From: Nannocystis bainbridge
GTDB lineage: Bacteria > Myxococcota_A > Polyangia > Nannocystales > Nannocystaceae
Length of the DNA: 64,000 nucleotides
Assembly: GCF_028368995.1 (NCBI RefSeq)
Contig: NZ_JAQNDL010000002.1
Location: 1,344,001-1,408,000, forward strand
Reading direction: 5' to 3'
Shown: positions 57,549 to 64,000 of the stretch, piece after piece
Numbering within the stretch: position 1 is the stretch's first letter
Layout: each line of letters opens with the position of its first letter
Program-made: the position numbers and the translations under genes
Notes under the pieces: model-generated
The model's input: the letters and a program-made list of their open reading frames with translations, nothing else
Databases searched by the model: none
Told to the model about the DNA's origin: nothing

Positions 57549-59684
57549 TCACTCGAGGTCGACGCCATCGCGCTCGCCGTGAATGACGATCGCTTCGCCG
57601 CTGAGCGCGCGGGCGGCCTGGAGCCCGGTGATGACGGCCCCCTCGGCGCAGGCGAGCTCGATGCCGCCGCCGACCCAGTCGCCGGCGAGCCAGAGGTTGC
57701 GAAAGCCGCTGTCGCCGGCGGCGAGGCGGTGCCGCGGATCGCCGGGGAGGGTGACGATCTGGCGGTCGCTGGCGTTTTGGGTCGACCAGCAGTGCTGGGC
57801 GGCGAGGCGGTGCTCGCCGGCGCGGCCCTGCGGATCGAGGAGCAGCTCCCAGTTGAACTCGTCGGCGCCGGCGAGCGTGGCCTCGGGCCACAGGGCGCGC
57901 GGATGGCTCTTGAGCCAGGTCTCGGCGATGTCGCGCACGGGCTCGCGGCTGCCGTCGGCGGCGCGATCGGGGCGCGGCCCGCTGAGCGACGCGATCGCGC
58001 CGGGCCAGTGCTCGCGCGGCCAACCTTCGTAGGGCGCGGCGGTCGAGAGGTTGAACCACCGCGGCAGTTCAGTGCCCGGCAGCTCGCCGGCGCCGGCGGG
58101 GGCGGGCGCGCCGAGGAGCTGGGCCCAGGTCGGCGAGAGCCACAGCTGCGCGCCCATGGCGGCGATCGAGTGGGTGCGATCGAGCAGCTCGCCCCAGCGC
58201 GGGTCACGAGCGGCGAGCTCGCGCGCGACGCCGCCGAGCGCGGGCGGCGGGATGGCGAGGATGATGTCGTCGAAGTCGACGCCGGCGCGCAGGGCGACCT
58301 CCTCGACCTCGGGCGACTCGGTGGCCTCGAAGTCGATGGCCTGGATCACGGGGTCGTCGCCGAGGACGATCTGCGAGTAGAGCGGGCGGCTCGGCCAGCA
58401 CGGCAGGCCCTTGACCTTGAGGAGCGGCTCGTACTCTTCGACGCCCGGGGCGAGCTCGATCTGGCGGCCGACGATCGCGGCGGACACGGTCGCGCCGTCA
58501 GGCGCGGGGCACAGGCGCTTGAGCTTGTGGAAGAAGCGGAAGGCGACGCCGCGGTCGCGCAGGAGGCGGTAGAGCGGGGCGAACAGGACCTCGCCGAGGC
58601 CGGCGGCGGGGGTGTAGTAGAGGGCGCCGGAGAAGGCGAGGTAGCGGCGCAGGGCGGCCCGCAGCATGGCGCCGGCGGCGGCGACGGGGCGCGCGACGTC
58701 ACCCGACTCATAGGACATGTGGTCGGCGTACAGGCCGACGACCACGCTGCTGGCCAGCGACGCCTCGGCGGCGCCGTGGCGGCGCAGCCAGTCGCGCAGG
58801 TCTTGATCGTCGATCGCGGAGAAGCCGGCGCGATCGAGGCCGTCGTGCAGGATCCCGCGGACGATGGCGAGCGCCAGGTCGACCATGGTGGTGAACTGCG
58901 GGTGACTGTCGCGCGCGCCGAGGCCGACGAGCGTGCGCAGGCTGTGCTCGCCGCAGTGGGTCAGCGGCTGGGCCCAGGCGCGGCGCTGACGCGAGGTCTG
59001 CGGCGCGTCCTCGTCGTGGGCGGCCGCGGCGGCGCGGCGGAGCAGGGCGTCGTAGTCGGGGCTCTGCGGGTCGAAGCCGTCGTAGGCGCGCACGCCCTGG
59101 CCGCTCGCGCGGCGCATCAGCGCCGGCCACAGCGCGCGCGATGAATCGGGCCAGCGCGGGACGATCGCGGACCAGGTGGCGAACTGCGGATGTAGGCGCG
59201 GGATGCAGTCGATGGCCCACAGCAACAAGGTCTGGGCGAAGTGCCACACGCTCGGCTGCGGCGCGCCGTCGCCGGGCAGGTTGTCGGCGCGCGGCAGGTG
59301 CATCTTCCACGGCGGCGCGCGGCTGGAGCGATCACCTGTCCCGAGGAGCAGGGTGTCGCACGGCTTGAAGGCCTCTTTGAAGGTGGCGAGCGGCGCGCCC
59401 GGAGCCCGTCGCGTCTCGGCGTAGACGCGGCGCGCCAGGGCGAAGGCGTTGTCGTACCAGCCGAACCACACGTGGTGACCGAGCGCCTCGCTGCGGGCGT
59501 GCGCGCGGAGGTTGCGGCCGCTGCGGGCCTTGCCGCCGAGGCGCCAGCCGATCTGGTAGACGGTGATGTCGTAGCGCTCGCGCCAGTCGGGCAGCTCGGT
59601 CAGCGCGAACACGGCGCTGAGCGAGCCGAGCCCGCCGCCGAACACGGCGAGCTTGCGGGGACGAGGCGGAGGACCGGCGGACAT
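57549..59684 (-). CDS. FAD/NAD(P)-binding oxidoreductase (amine oxidase/desaturase-like)
   Basis: AVFGGGLGSL, GWRLGGK, NLWLAGDW...EGAVITG. Confidence 0.85.
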   Translation of the reverse strand: MSAGPPPRPRKLAVFGGGLGSLSAVFALTELPDWRERYDITVYQIGWRLGGKARSGRNLRAHARSEALGHHVWFGWYDNAFALARRVYAETRRAPGAPLATFKEAFKPCDTLLLGTGDRSSRAPPWKMHLPRADNLPGDGAPQPSVWHFAQTLLLWAIDCIPRLHPQFATWSAIVPRWPDSSRALWPALMRRASGQGVRAYDGFDPQSPDYDALLRRAAAAAHDEDAPQTSRQRRAWAQPLTHCGEHSLRTLVGLGARDSHPQFTTMVDLALAIVRGILHDGLDRAGFSAIDDQDLRDWLRRHGAAEASLASSVVVGLYADHMSYESGDVARPVAAAGAMLRAALRRYLAFSGALYYTPAAGLGEVLFAPLYRLLRDRGVAFRFFHKLKRLCPAPDGATVSAAIVGRQIELAPGVEEYEPLLKVKGLPCWPSRPLYSQIVLGDDPVIQAIDFEATESPEVEEVALRAGVDFDDIILAIPPPALGGVARELAARDPRWGELLDRTHSIAAMGAQLWLSPTWAQLLGAPAPAGAGELPGTELPRWFNLSTAAPYEGWPREHWPGAIASLSGPRPDRAADGSREPVRDIAETWLKSHPRALWPEATLAGADEFNWELLLDPQGRAGEHRLAAQHCWSTQNASDRQIVTLPGDPRHRLAAGDSGFRNLWLAGDWVGGGIELACAEGAVITGLQAARALSGEAIVIHGERDGVDLE

Positions 59685-59742
59685 GGCTGCAGAGGTCGGC
59701 GATGGTAGCTCGGTTGCGCCCGGACGGATCCTCCCCGGATGT

Positions 59743-60114
59743 TCAGCCCCCGGCCGCTCGATGGGTCATGTCGATGAAGTTGTGGAGGAAGCCGCAGGTC
59801 GAGCAGGCGAGCGAATGCACCGGCGCGGAGTGGGTGAAGCCGCCGGTCGGCGAGGTGAACCGCAGGGTGCTCATGTGCAGCGGCAAGGGGGCGCGGGTGT
59901 CGTGGCCGGCGAAGATGGCGACCGGCAGCAGGGTGACGCCGCCGCACATGACGCAGGTCTTGTGGGCGCCGGAGCGGCGGCGCTCGCGGGTGTCGTCGGC
60001 CACGCCGCGGGCGCGCGCGTCGGCGTCGGCGAGCTCGCGCTGCAGTCGCTCGTTTTCTTGCTCGAGCGCGGCGAGCTGCAGGAGCAGCGCCTCACGATCG
60101 TCGCGGTAGGGCAC
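59743..60114 (-). CDS. Small coiled-coil plus zinc-ribbon protein
   Basis: MPYRD start, coiled coil, CVMCG and CSTCG. Confidence 0.7.
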   Translation of the reverse strand: MPYRDDREALLLQLAALEQENERLQRELADADARARGVADDTRERRRSGAHKTCVMCGGVTLLPVAIFAGHDTRAPLPLHMSTLRFTSPTGGFTHSAPVHSLACSTCGFLHNFIDMTHRAAGG

Positions 60115-60165
60115 GCGCGCGACACATTAGCAGGTCGCAAGCCAGGGCTGCTACCCTTGCGCCCG

Positions 60166-60807
60166 GTGACCCGCTTCATCGCCCGTCAATGCGAGCGCGC
60201 GAGCTGCCGCCTCCGCTTCCCGGTGGCCGAAGGCAGCTCGCTCGGCGAGTCGTGTCCGCACTGCGGCGGACCGACGGCCGTCGACCCCGAACCGTACGAG
60301 AGCCACGAGGCGCGCGCGCCGGCGCGAGCGAGCGGGCCGAAGGTGCACGCGCTGCTCGACAACGTCCGCAGCCTGAAGAACGTCGGCTCGATGTTCCGCA
60401 CCGCCGACGGGGCCGGGGTCGAGCACATGCACCTGACCGGGTTCACGCCGACGCCCGATCACCCGGCGATGGCGAAGACCGCCCTCGGCGCGGAGAAGAC
60501 CGTGCCGTGGACGCTCCATCGCGACGGCGCGGCGGCGGCGGCGTGGCTGTGCGACGCGGGCCATCGCTTGTGGGCGCTCGAGGGCGGACCGCGAGCGACG
60601 CCGTGGTTCGAGGCGCTGCGCGAACCCGGCGACGCGCCGATCGTGTTGGTGGTCGGCCACGAGGTGTCGGGGGTGGACCCGCGGATCCTGGCCCGCTGCG
60701 AGCGCGTGCTGGCGCTGCCGATGCTCGGGATCAAGGGCTCGCTCAACGTCGGCGTGGCGTTCGGCGTGGCGCTCTACAGCCTGCGCTTTGGGACAGGGAC
60801 CGACTGA
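60166..60807 (+). CDS. TrmH/SpoU-family RNA methyltransferase with N-terminal Zn ribbon
   Basis: LDNVRSLKNVGSMFRTAD, VVGHEVSG, PMLGIKGSLNV; C-x4-C...CPHC. Confidence 0.9.
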   Translation: MTRFIARQCERASCRLRFPVAEGSSLGESCPHCGGPTAVDPEPYESHEARAPARASGPKVHALLDNVRSLKNVGSMFRTADGAGVEHMHLTGFTPTPDHPAMAKTALGAEKTVPWTLHRDGAAAAAWLCDAGHRLWALEGGPRATPWFEALREPGDAPIVLVVGHEVSGVDPRILARCERVLALPMLGIKGSLNVGVAFGVALYSLRFGTGTD

Positions 60808-61128
60808 TGTTCGCGCCGCGAGATCGTGCGCCAGCGCAATCTCGCGGGTGTGGGCGGTGCGGCGAACTGGCGTGATCGAAAGGCGGTGCTGCCGCCGCCG
60901 CCTGTGCGATCGGACAGGTGCGATCGGCCATGAGAGCCGGAAGGCCGCGCGTCCCGGGCAGGAGACGTTGCCGCCAGATGGGCGAGAATTCATGGCCGAC
61001 GGGTCTTTCGCGGCGTGTGCGGATCCGCCACATCGAAGTCGTCGCTCGTGCGTGACCTACCGGGGACGAGGCGCCGGGGCTGGAGTTGTGTTACCGTGCC
61101 GGCCTCTCAGAGGAGAACCCGAAACGTG

Positions 61129-61881
61129 ATGCTGCTTCGAACTCTGGCTGTTCCTGTCCTGGTGCTCGGTCTGGCGGTGGCTGGCTGTGGCAAGAAGACC
61201 CCCGACGGCACGACGCCCCCGGGCGAGACCGGCGCCGGCGGTGCGTCCGCCGGAGGTGGTGATTCCGGCGGCGGTGATGCGGGTGGTGGTGAGTCCGCTG
61301 GTGAGGCCGGCGGTGATGCGGGCGGCGGCGACTCCGACGTCTCGCAGAAGGTTTGCGACGCCGAAGTGGGCGACACGCCCAAGGCCGTGTTCGCCGACAA
61401 CGTGATCCTGCGGCTCCCGAAGGGGATGGAGCTGGTCGAAGAGAACCCGTTCTTCGCCCGCATCTCCACCAAGGACACCGTGTCGACGTGCGACGGCGTG
61501 ATCAGCTTCGGCGCGCTCGGCTACTTCCAGGCCGACGCGACCAAGACCGTCAAGCAGGTCCGCGACGAGACGATCCAGGCCGCGCGCGGCGTGCCGCCGA
61601 ACGAGGTCACCTGGACCGAGGAGACCGAGAAGGGCCGCGATTACTCGGGCTCGTACTCGATCCCCGAGGACGCCAAGGGCAACCCGCCGATCAAGGGCTG
61701 GTTCGTGCTCAAGGAGAAGGCCGGCTTCACGTTCTGGTACGCGCTCGAGACGCATCCGAACGCCTGGAACGCGCTGGCCAAGACCTTCCAGGAGTCGGGC
61801 AACCGCCTCCGCATCGGGCCGAACATCGCGCCGGCGCCGGCCCCCACGCCAGCACCGTCTGGCAAGAAGAAGGGCAAGTGA
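61129..61881 (+). CDS. Lipoprotein, paralog A
   Basis: GGAG RBS, lipobox VAG-C, Gly-rich linker, RLPKGMELVEENPFFA. Confidence 0.85.
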   Translation: MLLRTLAVPVLVLGLAVAGCGKKTPDGTTPPGETGAGGASAGGGDSGGGDAGGGESAGEAGGDAGGGDSDVSQKVCDAEVGDTPKAVFADNVILRLPKGMELVEENPFFARISTKDTVSTCDGVISFGALGYFQADATKTVKQVRDETIQAARGVPPNEVTWTEETEKGRDYSGSYSIPEDAKGNPPIKGWFVLKEKAGFTFWYALETHPNAWNALAKTFQESGNRLRIGPNIAPAPAPTPAPSGKKKGK

Positions 61882-61910
61882 GCTGAACGCGTCCCCTCGA
61901 CGCGCTCCTC

Positions 61911-61947
61911 GCGGCTCCGGGCTTCGGCGCGGGGCCGCTTGCTTTTT
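61911..61947 (+). terminator. Probable intrinsic terminator
   Basis: GCGGCTCCG...CGGGGCCGC stem followed by TTGCTTTTT. Confidence 0.6.
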
Positions 61948-62289
61948 GGCGGCACGCGCATGCGAGTGACGGGGCAGAGTGCTCTGCGGACGCAGGACGA
62001 GCGGCGGCCGGGAGTGACACGGGGAGCTGCGAGGTTTCGCGGGCGCGGCTGCGAGTGACGCGGGGAGGCGCGAGGCGGACGCAGCACCAGCGACCGCTGC
62101 GAGCGGCACCGGAGGCGCGAGCTTCTGCCGCCGCAGGACGTGCGAGGTCTGGGACTTGACGAGGTTGGTGGCGGGCTCGGCCGTCGTGGATCGAGGATCG
62201 TCGCCGTCGGGCGCGATTGACTTCGCGGGCGGCACGAGGTCTGATCGCGCCACGTCGGGCCGCGGGCCCGGCACGCCAAGGAGATCTCG

Positions 62290-63090
62290 ATGTCGCGCGT
62301 CGCTCTGTCTCTCGCTCTCGCGCTCGCGTGGGCTCCGCTCGTCGGCTGTGCCGTGAGCGCCAGCGCCAGTTCTGGCTCGGGGACCATGTCCTCCGGGACA
62401 GGTCCTCAGGGCAAGCCGGCGCGGCGGGTCGACGAGGGCGGAGGCGAGGCCGGCGGGGGCGGGGCTGCACCGGCCGGGCCGCCGCCGTGTCAGCCGGCGC
62501 TGGCCGACGCTCCGACCGCGCTGTTCGGCACGCGAATCCTGGTGCGTTTGCCGAAGGGCGTCGAGCTGGCGGAGCAGAACCCGTTCTACGCCCAGGCGGT
62601 CGCGCCCGACCAGGCGACGAATTGCGGGCAGCCGGTGGCGTACGCGGCGGTCGGCTTCTTCGAGTATCCGAACGCGGCCCCGGCGGCAGTGCGCGACCAG
62701 GTGCTCGAGCTGCGGGGGATCGCCAAGGGCGCGGCGACGTGGGACGACGAGGGGACGCGCGGCAAGACGTACACCGGCGCGTACACGGTGCCGGCCGACG
62801 CGGCCACTGGCGCGCCGGCGGTGCGCGGGTGGTTCGTGCTGCGCGACGCCAACGACAAGTACGGTTACTTCGCGCTCTACGAGACCGACCCGGCCCACTG
62901 GGACGCGCTGAAGCCGGTGCTGGTGGCGAGCGGCAAGTCGCTGCTGGTGAAGCCGCGCATGGTCGCGTCGCCGGCCGAGGCGCAGGTGAGCGCCGCGCCG
63001 CCGCCGACGTCGGGCGGTCTCTCGGCCGAGCCGGCGGGCGCCAAGCCGGCGAAGCCCGCGAAGGACGCGAAGGCCGTGAAGGCCAAATAG
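62290..63090 (+). CDS. Lipoprotein, paralog B
   Basis: AAGGAG RBS, lipobox LVG-C, RLPKGVELAEQNPFYA, GWFVL, YET.P..W.AL. Confidence 0.85.
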   Translation: MSRVALSLALALAWAPLVGCAVSASASSGSGTMSSGTGPQGKPARRVDEGGGEAGGGGAAPAGPPPCQPALADAPTALFGTRILVRLPKGVELAEQNPFYAQAVAPDQATNCGQPVAYAAVGFFEYPNAAPAAVRDQVLELRGIAKGAATWDDEGTRGKTYTGAYTVPADAATGAPAVRGWFVLRDANDKYGYFALYETDPAHWDALKPVLVASGKSLLVKPRMVASPAEAQVSAAPPPTSGGLSAEPAGAKPAKPAKDAKAVKAK

Positions 63091-63131
63091 CAGCGGCGGG
63101 GCTAACGCACGTCCTCGCCGTCACGAGGCGC

Positions 63132-63160
63132 TTGCGGGTCGCGTCACAGTCGAGTAAAAG
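63132..63160 (+). promoter_or_regulatory. Candidate sigma70 promoter of the tRNA pair
   Basis: TTGCGG-17 nt-TAAAAG, ending 30 nt upstream of tRNA-Glu. Confidence 0.5.
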
Positions 63161-63189
63161 CCGCAAGTCCCAGCCGCGCGTGGCGCTGT

Positions 63190-63262
63190 GACCCTGTCGT
63201 CCAGAGGCCTAGGACAGTGGCCTTTCACGCCACCAACACGGGTTCGAATCCCGTCAGGGTCG
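63190..63262 (+). tRNA. tRNA-Glu(TTC), CCA not encoded
   Basis: Acceptor GACCCTG/CAGGGTC, anticodon arm GTGGC-CTTTCAC-GCCAC, T-loop GGTTCGAATCC. Confidence 0.96.
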
Positions 63263-63305
63263 TCTCTCGCGCGCGGCTGGGCCCTTGAGCTCGCTCAAGG
63301 GTCCT

Positions 63306-63378
63306 GGGCCCGTAGCTCAGTCGGTAGAGCAACGGACTTTTAATCCGTGGGTCGTCGGTTCGATCCCGACCGGGCTCA
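63306..63378 (+). tRNA. tRNA-Lys(TTT), CCA not encoded
   Basis: GGGCCCG/CGGGCTC acceptor, TAGCTCAGTCGGTAGAGC D-arm, ACGGA-CTTTTAA-TCCGT, GGTTCGATCCC. Confidence 0.97.
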
Positions 63379-63554
63379 TTCGCTCCCGGCCCTCTCGGGC
63401 CGGAAGGCCCTCCGGGCCGAGGCCTGCGACGGTCTCGGCGCGGATGGTCTTGCGCGCGTTCAGGCCGGGCTCAGGCCGCGCAGACGCCCCGGAAACTGGC
63501 TGGCAGGGGATCTTCTGTTATGGTGGCGTCGGGCTCGCCCCCGGAGGTTTCGCC

Positions 63555-64000
63555 ATGTGGATCGCACGCGGCCCGACTGTCGCCGTCAGCTTCGCCGTCG
63601 CCATGGGCCTGGGGGGGTCGCTGGCCGCGGCGGCCCCCGCCGATGCGCTGTCGACCTGCCTGAGCCGGTGCGACCGCGCGCGGCTGTCGGACACGAACCG
63701 CGCGACATGTCGCCTCGATTGCGAGCAGGACGCGGCGACGGATCCGGAGCTTATCCGCTCGCAGATCGCGGCGCAGTCGAAGACGGGCGCGAAGCCCTCG
63801 TCGGCGCCGGGCCCGACGACGCCGACGCCGCGGCCAGGGCCGACGATGACGCCGGCGCCGGCGCTCTCCGGCCGGGCGGCGTGCAAGGCGGAGTGCGCGG
63901 CCGACCGCACGCTTTCGGCCGACGACCGGGCGACGTGTCGGCTCGAGTGCGATCAGATCGCCGAACCTGCCGGGCCGTCCGCGCGGCCGACGCCGGTGAC
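63555..64000 (+). CDS. Secreted Cys-rich repeat protein, 3' end outside window
   Basis: GGAGG RBS, ATG at 63555, signal peptide, two C-x3-C...RATCRL(D/E)C modules. Confidence 0.75.
   Translation, partial: MWIARGPTVAVSFAVAMGLGGSLAAAAPADALSTCLSRCDRARLSDTNRATCRLDCEQDAATDPELIRSQIAAQSKTGAKPSSAPGPTTPTPRPGPTMTPAPALSGRAACKAECAADRTLSADDRATCRLECDQIAEPAGPSARPTPV

Noticed and set aside
63193-63217. CTGTC...GGACAG inside tRNA-Glu resembling the motif
   Set aside because: Wrong spacing and explained by the tRNA acceptor and D arms
63379-63554. Possible integrative element at the tRNA-Lys 3' end
   Set aside because: No integrase, no duplicated tRNA 3' end and no compositional shift within the window; only GC hairpins follow

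Overview
High-GC myxobacterial chromosome segment (MYXO-CTERM sorting signal, AgmX/PglI-like domain, many lipoproteins; Nannocystis/Polyangia-like by inference). It holds about 48 CDS and 2 tRNAs: an alpha-glucan cluster (GH13, GH15, phosphorylase), tgt-yajC-secD-secF-recJ, a soluble-adenylyl-cyclase-like STAND protein, cls, an aldehyde dehydrogenase, csrA, a DUF4175/TPR pair, an ECF sigma/anti-sigma operon running into two peptidoglycan synthases, cbs plus cystathionine gamma-lyase, trmH, tRNA-Glu and tRNA-Lys. I see no transposase, integrase or CRISPR array. The main unexplained signal is a 14-bp palindrome, TGTCC-N4-GGACA, found at roughly 35 loci. It occurs singly or as abutting tandem arrays of up to about 15 units with a strict 14-bp phase. 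It fills convergent intergenic gaps and is written into unrelated coding sequences, leaving an M/L-S-x-x-T-G peptide footprint. All calls are by eye from the sequence and ORF track; no database search was run.
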